A stretch of 64,000 bases of DNA from an uncultured delta proteobacterium (GCA_963727445.1 CAVSGI010000008.1:96001-160000), one strand, 5' to 3'. Shown: positions 11,332 through 24,134, numbered from the stretch's first letter. The notes: a model not told the origin generated them from the sequence alone. Numbers and translations are program-made.

Positions 11332-12930
11332 CTAGGGTCGGACGCAGACGTCCGGCCCGGTGCGCGCTTCGCAGACCAGCGTCCCGTTGCAGTGCCGATC
11401 GGGGCTGCAACAGAAGTCGCCCTCGTCGCCGCAGGTGTCGCAGATGCCGCCGATGCAGACCGCGTACGGCGCGGAGCAGAAGTCCGGACCGTCGACCATG
11501 CAGCAGGGCTGACCCGGCCGCCCGCAGGTGCCGCCTTCGCAAGAGCCGCCGCTGCAGGTCCCGGTCCCGAAGCCGCAGGCATCGCCGTCGGCGACGCACA
11601 TGTTGTCGACGCAGCAGGCGCCCGTGTTGCAGGCCTGGCCGGGGCAGCATTGCTCGCCGGCGTCGCCGCAGGCCTCGCAGGTCGCGCCGAACCCGCCCGC
11701 ACAGGCCAAGCCCCCCGCCGTGCAGAAGAGCGAGCCCATGCTCGGACAACACGACTCGCCCGCGCCGCCGCAAGTGAAGGTGGAGCTGGAACAGGAGCCC
11801 ATGTCGCAGCTGGTGGTCATCCCGCACATGTCGCCATCGGCGGTGCAAGTGCCGAAGATGCAGCAGCCGCCCATGCCGCAGGTCGCCGAGCCACAGCACG
11901 GCTCGCCGTCGCCGCCACACGACGTGAGCGATCCGTCGGCGCAGACCATGCCGCTCATGGCCGACGCCTCCTCGCCCTCGGCCAGACAGGTCCCGCCGCT
12001 GCAGCAGTCGCCACCGTTGCAGGTGTCGCCGGGGCAGCACGTCTCCCCGGGATAGCCGCAGGCGACGCAGGCGCCCACGCTCGCGTCGCAGGTGCCCACG
12101 GCGCACGCGGAGCCATCCGCGACGCAGATGTTCGAGGCCGCGTTGCAGCACCCGCCGGTGCAGCTGTCGCCCGGACAGCAGGGCTCTCCCGGGCCACCAC
12201 AGGGCTGACACACGCCAGCGCCGCCGCACACGAGCCCGCCGGTGCAGGTATCCGATGCACAGCACGGCTGTCCTGCGCCGCCGCAGGTGCCGCAGGTGCC
12301 CGAGACGCAGACGGTCGAGGCCGCGGTGCAGCGGTCTCCGGCACAGCACGGCTCCGAGGCGTCGCCGCAGCCGCCGCAGCTTCCGTCCGTGCACGTACCT
12401 CCGACGCCGCCCGGGCAGGTGGAGCCGGCGCCGGTGCATGTGCCGCTCACGCAGCAGCCGCCCGCGGTGCATGTGCCCAGATCGCAACAGGTCTCCCCCG
12501 CGCCGCCGCAGGGGGAGCACACACCGCTGCCATTGCAGGCGTTTTCGGGGTCGCAGCTGTCGCCGGGGCAGCAGGTCTCCCCCGCGCCGCCGCAGCTCGC
12601 GCAGGTGCCCGCGTCGCAATACCCATCGGTGCAACTGCCGTCGGCGCAGCAAGCCTCACCGATGGCCCCACAAGCCGGGGCCGCGTCCATCGCGGCGTCC
12701 GCCGGTGCGCTGTCGCCGACGCTGCTGTCCGCGGGGACCGCGCTGTCGGGAACGTCGGCATCGGGCGTCGCCGAGTCCACGGGAGCAACGCTGGTGTCGG
12801 TCGCGCCGTCGCCGACGGCGCTGTCCGCCGCGCCGTCCGATGTGGCGTCGGGCAGGGTGGTCGACTCTCCGCAGGCACAGACCGTGGCCGACAGGAACAG
12901 AACGAAGAAAAGGGCGTGAAGTGGGCGCAT
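11332..12930 (-). CDS. Secreted or lipoprotein Cys-rich repeat protein
   Basis: Signal MRPLHALFFVLFLSATVCAC, a D/A/S-rich linker and 12 CGxx(G/S)(E/Q/D)xCC repeats. Confidence 0.75.
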   Translation of the reverse strand: MRPLHALFFVLFLSATVCACGESTTLPDATSDGAADSAVGDGATDTSVAPVDSATPDADVPDSAVPADSSVGDSAPADAAMDAAPACGAIGEACCADGSCTDGYCDAGTCASCGGAGETCCPGDSCDPENACNGSGVCSPCGGAGETCCDLGTCTAGGCCVSGTCTGAGSTCPGGVGGTCTDGSCGGCGDASEPCCAGDRCTAASTVCVSGTCGTCGGAGQPCCASDTCTGGLVCGGAGVCQPCGGPGEPCCPGDSCTGGCCNAASNICVADGSACAVGTCDASVGACVACGYPGETCCPGDTCNGGDCCSGGTCLAEGEEASAMSGMVCADGSLTSCGGDGEPCCGSATCGMGGCCIFGTCTADGDMCGMTTSCDMGSCSSSTFTCGGAGESCCPSMGSLFCTAGGLACAGGFGATCEACGDAGEQCCPGQACNTGACCVDNMCVADGDACGFGTGTCSGGSCEGGTCGRPGQPCCMVDGPDFCSAPYAVCIGGICDTCGDEGDFCCSPDRHCNGTLVCEARTGPDVCVRP

Positions 12931-13075
12931 CCGACTCTCCTCGGTGCCCAGGGTCGTCGATAGGCGGTGAGCACACAAGAGCACCTGCTTTCTTGAAGTA
13001 GTGTGAAATCCCTTCTGTTCCTCCGCGCGCGGCCTTGCGGGGGCCGGCCCCGAGCCGCAGGTTCGAACGAAGCCC

Positions 13076-14362
13076 GTGCCCCTCTGGTTGCGCATGACGA
13101 TCTTCTTCGGCGTGCTGATCCTCGCCCTCGGCGGGATGAGCTTCTACGTCCATCGGCGGACCACCCAGCTGTTGACGCTGACGCGTCGCGGCCGGTGGGC
13201 GCTGGCCGCGGTCCTGATCGGCGGCGCCGTCGCCACCTTCGCCGGCCGCTTCGCGGGCCAGGCCGAGCTCGCCCTCGTCGGCTTCACCATCGAGCTCGGG
13301 GTGATCATCTCGGTCGCCCTGCTTCTGCCGGTCGAAGCCGCCCGCGCCCTCGCCGCCGCGGGCCGGTGGATACGGGGCAAGATGGGGGGACGGGAGGTGA
13401 GCGCGAGTCCGTCACCTTCTCCGCCACCGTCTCTGTCACCGCCACCGCTTCTGTCACCGTCACCGTCTCCGTCTCCGTCCCCAGCGCCCACCCTCCCCCG
13501 CCGCGACTTCCTCACCCGCGCGGCGACCGGCTCCTGCCTCCTCATCGGTGGGTCGAGCTCCCTCTACGGCTCGCTCCTCGGGCGGCACGACTATCAGATC
13601 GAAGACGTGCCCGTGCGCATCGCGGGGCTCGCGCCGACGCTCGAGGGCTACACCATCGTCCAGCTCTCCGACATTCACTTCGGGAGCTTCGTCGGAGACC
13701 CGGAGCTCGAGGCGGCGGTCGAGCACGTGCGCCTCGCGCGTCCGGACCTGATCGTGATGACCGGCGATCTCCTGGATCACGATGCGGCCTACGCCCCGTT
13801 CCTCGGGCGTCTGGTGCGGCGCGTCGCGCCCCTCGCGCGCGACGGTGTGACCATCATCCCCGGCAATCACGACTACTACGCTGGCGTGACCGAGGTGCTC
13901 GAGACGGCCGAGCGGGCGGGCGCGCGTCTCCTGGTCAACGCGGGCCGCCTCTACGGGGACGGCGGAGGGCACTTCGCCCTCCTCGGCGTCGACGACGTCT
14001 GGACTGCGCGTAACGGTTTCACCGCCCAGGGCGAATCTCAGGTCGGGCGAGGGCCGGACCTCGAACGCGCCATTCGCACCGTCCCCGGCGACGTCCCGCG
14101 CATCCTCCTCTGCCACAACCCCTCCTTCTTCCCCGAGGCGGCCGGCAAGGTCTCGCTCCAGCTCTCGGGTCACACCCACGGCGGCCAGGTCACCCTCGGC
14201 ATCAACCCCGCCGAGTTGGTGCTGCCCCACGGCTACGTCCGCGGCGCCTACCAGCGCGACGGCAGCACGCTGTACGTCAACCGCGGCTTCGGGACCGCCG
14301 GTCCCCCGGCCCGCGTAGGCTCGCCGCCGGAGATCACGCGCGTCATCCTGACCAGCGCCTAG
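13076..14362 (+). CDS. Membrane-bound metallophosphoesterase (YkuE/YaeI-like)
   Basis: Motifs SDIH, TGDLLD, GNHDY, LCHNP and SGHTHGGQ; three N-terminal TM helices and an internal RRDFL. Confidence 0.9.
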   Translation: MPLWLRMTIFFGVLILALGGMSFYVHRRTTQLLTLTRRGRWALAAVLIGGAVATFAGRFAGQAELALVGFTIELGVIISVALLLPVEAARALAAAGRWIRGKMGGREVSASPSPSPPPSLSPPPLLSPSPSPSPSPAPTLPRRDFLTRAATGSCLLIGGSSSLYGSLLGRHDYQIEDVPVRIAGLAPTLEGYTIVQLSDIHFGSFVGDPELEAAVEHVRLARPDLIVMTGDLLDHDAAYAPFLGRLVRRVAPLARDGVTIIPGNHDYYAGVTEVLETAERAGARLLVNAGRLYGDGGGHFALLGVDDVWTARNGFTAQGESQVGRGPDLERAIRTVPGDVPRILLCHNPSFFPEAAGKVSLQLSGHTHGGQVTLGINPAELVLPHGYVRGAYQRDGSTLYVNRGFGTAGPPARVGSPPEITRVILTSA

Positions 14363-14398
14363 GGCGCAACCGGAACAGGTGCGCTATCGTCGCGGCCC

Positions 14399-14827
14399 AT
14401 GCGCCCCCTCGTCCTCACGCTCGTGCTCGTCGCCCTCGGCGCCGGCTGCAGCAGCGAGCCCTCCGACGACACCCCGACCGGAGCCCTCACGCTCTTTCTC
14501 GAGGCGATGGAGAAGAGCGATTGGGATGCGAGCGCACGTGAGGACGCCTACGCGCTGCTCTCCGCCGATGCGCGTGCCGCCCTCGACCAGCGCGCGGCGC
14601 GCGCCAACGCCCTGAGCCGGCGCGAGTTCGCGCCGTGGGAGATGCTCGCCCAGGGTCGTTTCCGGCTCCGCTTCGCGCCGGCGCAGACGCGAGCCCACGA
14701 AGACGGAGACGAAGCGACGGTGACCGTCCTTGGCCGCCGAGAGGGCGAGCGGGCCGACGTCCCGATGGTCCGGGAGGACGGCCACTGGCGCGTTCACCTC
14801 GTGATCCCGGAGGCTTCGTCGGATTGA
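14399..14827 (+). CDS. Small putative lipoprotein (possibly NTF2-like)
   Basis: Lipobox LGAGC and a C-terminal VPMVREDGHWRV pattern. Confidence 0.65.
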   Translation: MRPLVLTLVLVALGAGCSSEPSDDTPTGALTLFLEAMEKSDWDASAREDAYALLSADARAALDQRAARANALSRREFAPWEMLAQGRFRLRFAPAQTRAHEDGDEATVTVLGRREGERADVPMVREDGHWRVHLVIPEASSD

Positions 14828-14861
14828 CGTCGAGGTTGACCCTGAGGGGGCGCGGGATACC

Positions 14862-16000
<1,139 letters not shown>

Positions 16001-16014
16001 CGAAAGAGATCGAA

Positions 16015-17430
16015 ATGGCTGAAAAGACCTACGACGTGATCGTGATCGGCGCCGGCCCCGGCGGCTACGTGGCTGCGATCCGCTGCGCGCAGCTCGGCCT
16101 CAAGACGCTCTGCATCGACAAGGAGTATTTGGGCGGCGTGTGTCTCAACTGGGGCTGCATCCCGTCGAAGGCGCTCATCGCGGCCTCGGGTCTGCTCGAG
16201 AAGATCAAGCACGCCGAGGTCATGGGCCTGATGGCGAAGGACCCGGAGATCGACGTCGCCAAGATGCAGGAGTGGAAGGAGGGCATCGTCAAGAAGCTCA
16301 CCAGCGGCGTCGGCTCGCTCATCAAGGGCAACGGCGGCGAGGTGCTGATGGGCACCGCCAAGCTCGTCGCCAAGGACACCGTCGAGGTTCAGAAGAACGA
16401 AGGCGGCACCGAGACGTATCAAGGCGACCAAGGGCATCATCGTCGCGACCGGCGCCGAGGTCATCCAGATCCCGGGGCTCGACGTGGACGGCGAAGTCGT
16501 GGTGACCGCACGTGAGGCCGTGTCGCTGACCAAGGCGCCGAAGCGCATGGTGCTCGATCGGCGGCGGCGTCATCGGCCTCGAGCTGGGCATGGTCTACCA
16601 GAAGCTCGGCGCGAAGCTGACCATCATCGAGCTGATGGATCAGCTCCTGCCCGGCACCGACAAGGACATGGTGAAGGTCGTCGAGCGCAAGCTGAAGAAG
16701 CGCGGCGCCGAGATCCTGCTCGGGGCGAAGGCCAAAGGCATCGACGTCAAGGGCGGCGTCGCCACCGTCACGGTGGAGCACCAAGGCAAGGAGCGCGGCG
16801 TCGAAGCCGACAACGTCCTGGTCGCCGTCGGCTTCCAGCCGAACTCGGCGAACCTCGGCCTCGAGAACGTCGGCGTGAAGCTCGACGACCGAGGGCACGT
16901 CGTGGTGAACGAGCGCTTCGAGACGAACGTGCCCGGCATCTACGCCATCGGCGACGTCTGCGGCCCGCCCTACCTCGCGCACAAGGCGATCGAAGGAAGG
17001 CGAGATCGCCGCCGAGGTGATCGCGGGCCACAAGGCGGCGCGCGACTGGCTGCGCGCATGCCGGCCGCGATCTTCACCGATCCCGGAGATCGCCACCGTC
17101 GGCATGAGCGAGACCGAGGCGAAGGCCGCCGGCAAGAAGGTCAAGATCGGCAAGTTCCCGTTCTCCATCTCCGGCCGCGCCATGAGCGTCCTCGAGACCG
17201 ACGGCTTCGTGAAGACCATCATCGACGAGGAGGACAACCGCCTCCTGGGCGTCGGCATCGTCGGCCCCGAAGCCAGCGACCTCATCAGCGAGGCGGCGCT
17301 GGCGATCGAGATGTGCGCCTACGCCGAGGACGTCGCGCTCACCGTCCACCCGCACCCGACGCTCGGCGAGGCGGTGATGGAGAGCTTCAAGCACGCGCTC
17401 AAGGAAGCCGTGCACATCATGAATCGTTGA
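16015..17430 (+). CDS. lpdA: Dihydrolipoamide dehydrogenase, frameshifted
   Basis: IGAGPGGY, GGVCLNWGCIPSK, YAIGDV and C-terminal HPHPTLGE are distributed over several frames. Confidence 0.92.
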
Positions 17431-17493
17431 TATCGACCCGCCCGTCCCTCCCCGAGCGGGCGCCCCTCCCCGCTCGCCGGGTTCCTGGCAGGG

Positions 17494-20400
17494 TTACTCC
17501 GCCGGCTTGCGTTCCTCGACGCCCGAGTCGGGCTCGGGCTCGCCGCCCGTGCTCTTGGGGGCCGAGTGATCGCGCGTGGTGAGGCGATCCACGTGCCTCA
17601 GTGGCCAGAGCACCGTGCGGCCGACGAATTTCACGGTCCGTGAGTTCGACAGGTCGTCGAGCCAGCTGTAGATCACCGGGGTCGCGATCAGCGTGAGGAC
17701 CAGGGCGAGGATCTGACCGCCGGCGATGACGGATCCCATCGCGCGGTTCGTGCCCGAGCCCGCGCCGCTCGACACGAGGAGCGGGATCATACCGGCGACG
17801 AAGGCGACCGTCGTCATGAGGATGGGGCGAAGGCGGTCTCGGTTCCCGATCATCACCGCGTCGGCGCGTGACAAGCCTTCGCGTCGCAGCTGACGCATGT
17901 GATCGATCTGGAGGATCGCGTTCTTCTTCACGACGCCGAAGAGCACGAGGATCCCCAGCATCGAGTAGATGTTCATCGACTGTCCGAGGATCACGATCGA
18001 CAAGATCGCGAAGGGCAGCGTCAGCGGGAGCGCCGACAGGATCGTGATCGGGTGGATCCAGCTCTCGAACTGGGCGGCGAGCACCAGATACATGAAGGTG
18101 AACGAGAGGAAGACCGCCAGGAGGAAGCTCTGGAAGGCACGCCCGAGCTCTCGCGAGCGGCCGGTCAAGAAGCCGCGATAGGCGGGCTCCATGTGGAGCT
18201 CGTCGCGAAGGCGGTCGAGCTGCTGGGTGATGTCCGCTTCGGAAGAGCCGGGGAGCGTGGCGCAGTAGACCGTCACCTGACGCTGCCGCCCGAGGCGCTG
18301 AATGGCTGCCGGGCCCGTGCTCGGGACGATCCTGGCGACGTCCGCGAGGCGCACCGGTCGCCCGTGCGAGCTGGGCACCGTGATCTGGCTGATCGCCGCC
18401 GGGTCGCGCCTGAAGTCTCCCTCGGCGCGCAGGAAGACGTCGTACTGCTCGCCTCCCTCGCTGTAGTCAGTCACCGCGACACCGCCCACCATCAGACGCA
18501 TGACGCTCGAGACACTGGCAGCGCTCACGCCGAGGTCTGCGGCTCGGTCCCGATCGATGTGCACGTCGTACGCGGGCTGGCCCGTGATCAGAGTCATGTC
18601 CGCGTCGGTGACGCCCGGAATCTCGCGCAGGCCAGCGAGTAGCTCGCTGCGCGTACTCGTCGAGCTTCTCGAGATCGGGCCCACTGATCACGTACTGGAT
18701 GGGCGCGGCAGCCGCACCGCTGCTGCCGAAGGGATTGATGGGCCCGACGATGGTCCGGAGGTGCTCCTGCTCGATGAAGGGCGGGAGGATCTCGTCGCGG
18801 ACCTTCTCGATGACGTCGTCCTGGGTGAAGGAACGCTGGTCGGCGGCGAGAGGAGGACGTAGATCGACGCCTGGTTCGGCCCACGGCCGCTCGGATCACC
18901 CGGCTGGGCTGCCCGTCGTCACGAGCGTCTGCGTCACGCCGGGGAGCTCGCGGGACGCGCCGGGCGACACGCTCCGCGATGAGCTGCGTCTGCGCGAGCG
19001 AGGTGCCCTCGGGCGCCCGAATCGTCACCTCGAAGCGCGACTCGTCCTCGGCGGGAGGAAGTTCTTCGGGAGCGAGCTTCGACGAGCGGAAACATCGAGC
19101 CCAACACCAGGACGAGCAGGATGCCCACCGCCCACCGGTGACGCATCGACGAACGCCAGGAGCTTCAGGTACGCGCGCTCCAAACGGCCGTAGATGCCGC
19201 CGCGCGCCTCGGTGGCCGTGCTCGAGCTCGACCGTGCGCTCACCCGCCGCCAGCCGAGGAACTGCTCGCGCTCCTCGTCGCGGGGACCCGGAGCCGGGTC
19301 GACGACCGTCAGATCGCGCGTCGTGCGCGTCGTCGACCGCTCCGATCGTTCTCGGGCTCCGGGTCGTCGTCAGGCCTCGGACGCACCGGACCCGAGAGCC
19401 ACCGCGAGCAGAGCATCGGGGTCAGCGTGAACGAGACAAGCAGCGACACCAGGATCGCGAACGACATGGTGAAGCCGAAGGAGCTCATGAAGCGGCCGAC
19501 GATGCCGCCCATGAACGCGATCGGCAGGAACACCGCGACCAGCGAGAGCGAGGTCGCGAGGACGGCGAGGCCGATCTCCTTGCGTGGCGAGGACGGCCGC
19601 TCGCCGCGTGGCGCAGCTGCTTCTCCTCGATGAACCGCACGATGTTCTCGAGGACGACGATCGCGTCGTCGATGACGATACCCACCGATAACGTCAGCGC
19701 GAGCAGGGTGATCGATGTTGAGCGTCAGCCCCATCGCCTGCATGAGCGCGAAGGTCGCGATGATCGAGGTCGGGATGGCCAGCGCGGCGATGACCGTCGA
19801 GCGCCCGTTCCACAGGAAGAGCAACACGACGATGGCCGCGAAGAAGCCCGCCCAGGACAGGTGCTCCTCGACCGCGTCGATCGCGTTGCGGATGAACTCG
19901 CTCTCGTCGCGGACGATCTCGAGCCTGGTAGCTCGGCGGAGGGTCTCGCGCAGATCTCGGCGACACGCTCGCGCAGCGCGTCGACGACCGCGATGGTGTT
20001 GGTCCCCGACTGCTTGCGCACCGCAGGATGACGACGTCGCGCCGTTAACGAGCGCGGAGCTCGCAGGGTCCTCCTCGCCGTCGGTCGACGTCTGCGCCAC
20101 GTCGCCGACGCGGACGACCGGTCGCCGTTCGCGGTCGCGACGGGAGGGTCGCGAACTCCGCGGGGTCCCGAACGCGGCCCTGCACGCGGAGCTGAAGAGT
20201 GCGCGCGCCCTGCTCGACGTCGCCGCCGGGGAGCTCGACGTTCTCGGTGGCGAGCGCACGCTGCACGTCGATCGCGCGTCAGGCCGTAGCTGGCGAGCGC
20301 CGACCGGATTCACGGTCACGTGGATCTCGCCGTCCGCGCCCGCCGCTGAGCACGACGCCGCCGACGCCGGGAGCGACTCGATGCGACGCCGGATCACCCG

Positions 20401-20878
20401 GTCCGCGAAGTCGGTCGCCTCTCGCGAGGTGCGCGTCGAGATGCACCGCGATCTGCATGACCGGGCGCGGCATCCGGATCGATCTTCTGGATCTGCGGCT
20501 GCTCGATGCCGCTCGGGCAGCGAGGAGAGGATGCGGTTGACGCGGTCCCGCACGTCTTGCGCGGCGTCGTCGACGTCCTTCTCGAGGTCGAAGCGCACCA
20601 TGACGACGCACATGCCCTCGTAGGAGTTGCTGATGAGCTCGTCGACCCCGGCGATGGAGTTGACCGCCTCCTCGATGGGGTCGGTGACCTCGGTCTCGAC
20701 CTGCTCCGGCGACGCGCCCGGCAGCTGGGTCGAGATGATCGACCATCGGGAAGTCGACCTTCGGGAACCGGTCGACGCCGAGGTCGAAGATGCTCGCCCC
20801 ACCGACGACGACGAGGCCCAGCATCATCACCCAGGTGAAGACCGGTCGACGGACACATATGCGGGCGAGCCACTGCAC
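17494..20878 (-). CDS. RND efflux permease (AcrB/AcrD/AcrF family), heavily frameshifted
   Basis: N-terminal [51 protein letters not shown] and RLRPILMTT lie in different frames. Confidence 0.9.
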
Positions 20879-20882
20879 GCGA

Positions 20883-22103
20883 TCAGTCCCCGACCACCGC
20901 GACGCGCATTCCGTCGGCGAGCTCACCGATGTGGTCGGTCGCCACCTGCTCGCCCGGCGCCACACCTTCCCGCACGACGACCTCGTCCGAGGTTCGCTCC
21001 GCCACCGTGATCACTCGCTCCTCCACCACGTCGTCCTTGACGACGAAGACGCGTTCGACGCCGGCGAGAGGCAGGACGGCCTCTGCCGGGATCACCGCAG
21101 TCTCACGCGTCTCTCCCGAGGCGATCCGCGCCCTGGCGAACATCCCGGGCCGAAGGGTCCCGTCCTCGTTGTCGAGCACCGCCTCGACGGTGAGGCTTCG
21201 CGTGTCCCGCTGCACCGCAGCGCTGACGTAGCGGACGGTGCCCTCGAAGCGCTCGTCGGGAAGCGCGTCGATGCTCACGTTCACCGTGTTGCCCACGCTC
21301 ACGTCGCGGAGGTTCTGCTGGGGGACCTGGATCTCCATGCGGAGCGGGTTCGTGCGCACGAGCGTCACGAGGGGTGCCTGCGGCGTCACGTACTCCCCCA
21401 CCGAGACCATCCGGTCCGCAATCTCGCCTGCAAACGGCGCCCGGACGATGGTCTCGCTCACCGAGCTCGACGCCTGGTTGAGCGCCACCTGGGCGCTCGA
21501 CAGGGACGCGACGGCGGCGCGGGCGCCGTTCAAGGCGGACTGGTACTGGTCGTCGGCCGTGGAGGCCCGGGTCCGCACCTCCTCGAGCTCCTGCTCCGAC
21601 ATCGCGCCCCTGCGCAGGAGCTCCTCGCTCCGCTCGAGGGTCTGACGCGCGAGGTCGGCGTTGGCGCGGGCGGCGCGCACCTCGGGGGTTTCGTCGGGCG
21701 CTGGCGCCTCTTCGCCCGCGGAGATGCCGAGCCGCGCGCGGGCCTGCTCGAGCTGAGCGTTGGCCGCGCGTGCCTGGAGCCGGTAGTCGACGTCCCGAAG
21801 CCGCACCAGCGGCGCGCCCTCTTCGACCTGCGAGCCGCGCTCGACGAGCACCGCGGTCACGCGTCCCGGCACGATGGAGGTCACGTTAGAGTCCTCGTCC
21901 GCGAGGAGCGTTCCGTCAATCACCAGGGTGTCGGGTAGCTCGCGGGCCGCGGCGGTGGCGACGTGCACGTCGACCACGCGCTCCTCCTCGGTCGCGCTAC
22001 CGCCGTTCGCCGCGCTCGAGTCGCCACACGCCTGGGCGCCGAGCGCGCACAAGAGCGCGAAGGCGGTCATCGAAGCCGTCGCCGTCTCAGTCGTTCTTCG
22101 CAT
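20883..22103 (-). CDS. RND efflux periplasmic adaptor (membrane fusion protein)
   Basis: Lipoprotein-type signal, VPGRVTAVLVERG, IVRAPFAGEI and LRPGMFARA. Confidence 0.9.
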   Translation of the reverse strand: MRRTTETATASMTAFALLCALGAQACGDSSAANGGSATEEERVVDVHVATAAARELPDTLVIDGTLLADEDSNVTSIVPGRVTAVLVERGSQVEEGAPLVRLRDVDYRLQARAANAQLEQARARLGISAGEEAPAPDETPEVRAARANADLARQTLERSEELLRRGAMSEQELEEVRTRASTADDQYQSALNGARAAVASLSSAQVALNQASSSVSETIVRAPFAGEIADRMVSVGEYVTPQAPLVTLVRTNPLRMEIQVPQQNLRDVSVGNTVNVSIDALPDERFEGTVRYVSAAVQRDTRSLTVEAVLDNEDGTLRPGMFARARIASGETRETAVIPAEAVLPLAGVERVFVVKDDVVEERVITVAERTSDEVVVREGVAPGEQVATDHIGELADGMRVAVVGD

Positions 22104-22707
22104 GGTCTTCGCTCTCGCGTGGTCTGAGCAGTTGGATCAGAGTGGTCACCTCGGGCATCGGGAAAGGCATCTCACCGTCTCCGGGCGGGCGGATGCTCAT
22201 GCCCCGAATGAGGCAGACGATCACACTGGTGAGCTGGGCCGGATCGATGTCGGCGACGATCTCCCCCCGCTCCTGACACGCTTCGACGAGCACCTGCATG
22301 CGCTCGCGAAGATGGGTCGCGCGCTCGAACGCCGCCTCCCGCAGACCGTCCGGAAGCCCACCGATCAGCATCGCCTGGGTCATCAGCTGCATCGACTCGG
22401 GGCTGTTCTGCATCCGCTCGAAGGACGCCGTCAGGGTGCGCGTGAGGCGTTGACGCGGGCTCTCCCCCTCCTCGTCGAACTGGCTCTCCAGCTGCATCAT
22501 CATCTCGTCCATCAGGGCCGCGAAGAGCGCTTCTTTGGAGCGGAAATAGTGATAGACCAGTCCGTGGCTCAGTCCGGCCTCGGCCGCGATGTCCGAGATT
22601 TTCGTGAAAGAGAATCCCTTCTGGGCAAAAACCCGCTCCGCCGCGCGAAGGATCGAATCTCGGCGGGCATCGCGTATTTGCTGGTTGTTCTCGGGGGAAC
22701 GCGGCAC
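22087..22707 (-). CDS. TetR/AcrR family transcriptional regulator
   Basis: ILRAAERVFAQKGF...IAAEAGLSHGLVYHYFRSKEAL HTH; probable GTG start at 22707. Confidence 0.92.
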   Translation of the reverse strand: MPRSPENNQQIRDARRDSILRAAERVFAQKGFSFTKISDIAAEAGLSHGLVYHYFRSKEALFAALMDEMMMQLESQFDEEGESPRQRLTRTLTASFERMQNSPESMQLMTQAMLIGGLPDGLREAAFERATHLRERMQVLVEACQERGEIVADIDPAQLTSVIVCLIRGMSIRPPGDGEMPFPMPEVTTLIQLLRPRESEDHAKND

Positions 22708-22732
22708 TAGGGTCCCTGTCGACGACGTTGAT

Positions 22733-22750
22733 TGACTCGTCGACCAGTCA
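22733..22750. promoter_or_regulatory. Putative TetR operator
   Basis: TGACTCGTCGACCAGTCA is a near-perfect 18-bp palindrome between the divergent tetR and tolC genes. Confidence 0.65.
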
Positions 22751-22802
22751 TGGCGCCTCGGGTACCACTTCGTCAAGCCCCAAAGTTCTGGAGACAGTTT
22801 TC

Positions 22803-24077
22803 ATGAGCCGTTCTCTCGCTCTTCTGATCCTCGCTCAAACGCTGTTCACCCCCACCGTCGTGCTGGCGCAGCAGCCCCTCAGCGACTTCATCGCCTCGGC
22901 GAACGAGCACGCGCTCGACGCCCGCCAGGCTCGTGCTGCCCTTCAGCGCGCGGACGCGGCGACGGAGCTCGCGCGCGCTCGTCTCCTGCCCAATGCGCAG
23001 GCCTCGGCGACGTACACGCGCAACCAGTACCAGGTGCAGTTCGACAACTTTCTGATGCCGATGGGCGACCCGATCACCATTCAGGCGTACGACCAGATGT
23101 TCGCGAACGTCGCCATCAACGTTCCACTCATCGATATCGCGGGGTGGGCGGTCTACTTCCAGAACGACGCGAACGCCGACGCCGCAGAAGCACAGACCGA
23201 GCTCGCGCTTCAGAGCGTGCACGTGGCGGTGGTCCAGATGTGGCACCGCCTCGTCGCCTCGCGCGCGCTCGTCGCGGCCGCGCGCCAGTCCATCGACGTC
23301 GCGGAGCAAGCCCGGCGCAACGTCGAGGCCCGCGTCGAGGTCGGGGCGAGCGCGCAGCTCGAGCTCTCGCGCGCGACCGCCGAGGTCGAGCGGAGGAGGC
23401 AGGTGCTCGCCGAGGCCGAGCTCCAGGCCACCCTGGCGGCCAACGACCTCGCGAACCTCACCGGCCTCACCCCCGACGAGCAGCCCGCGGAGCTCGACGA
23501 CGACGGTCACCCGGAGCCCCCCCTCGACGAATTCCTCGCGAATCTGAGCGGCCTGCCTCAGGTGCAGGCCGCCGACAGCCAGCGCGACGCGAACAGCACC
23601 GCCCAGACGGCGGCATGGCTCGGATTTCTCCCGCAGATCGTGGGGCAGTTCAACGAGCGCGCGACCAACGCCTCCGGTTTCTCGCCCAAGACGCAGTGGT
23701 CGCTGACCCTCAACGCGATCTGGACGCTCGACTACGGCCGCGTCGCCAACGTGATGCTCGCCGACGCCGGCGCGGCGGCTGCCGAGGTCCAATACGACCG
23801 CGCGGAGCAGCAGGCCCGGACCGCCATCTTCGAGGCCTGGCATCGCGTCAGGACCGCGATCGTGCAGCGCCAGGCGGCCATCGCCGCCGAGGAGGCGAGC
23901 GCGATCGCCTTGGAGAACGCGACCGCGCGCTTCGAAGCCGGCGCCGGCACGCAGATCGAGCAGATCCAAGCGCAGCGCGATCGCTTCGACGCCCGCGTCG
24001 CGCGCATCCAGGCGACGGCGAACCTCCGCGTCGCCCGCGCGGCGCTCCGCCTGAGCTCCGGGATGATCGTCGAGTGA
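22803..24077 (+). CDS. TolC family outer-membrane efflux protein
   Basis: Signal peptide, ARARLLPNAQAS, two repeated helical halves (ARVEVG / ARFEAGAGT) and RND neighbours. Confidence 0.85.
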   Translation: MSRSLALLILAQTLFTPTVVLAQQPLSDFIASANEHALDARQARAALQRADAATELARARLLPNAQASATYTRNQYQVQFDNFLMPMGDPITIQAYDQMFANVAINVPLIDIAGWAVYFQNDANADAAEAQTELALQSVHVAVVQMWHRLVASRALVAAARQSIDVAEQARRNVEARVEVGASAQLELSRATAEVERRRQVLAEAELQATLAANDLANLTGLTPDEQPAELDDDGHPEPPLDEFLANLSGLPQVQAADSQRDANSTAQTAAWLGFLPQIVGQFNERATNASGFSPKTQWSLTLNAIWTLDYGRVANVMLADAGAAAAEVQYDRAEQQARTAIFEAWHRVRTAIVQRQAAIAAEEASAIALENATARFEAGAGTQIEQIQAQRDRFDARVARIQATANLRVARAALRLSSGMIVE

Positions 24078-24134
24078 GCTGAGGGGTACCGCCTGGCTCC
24101 TCGTTCCCTTCGGCCCTATCCTCCTGTCCCCGCC

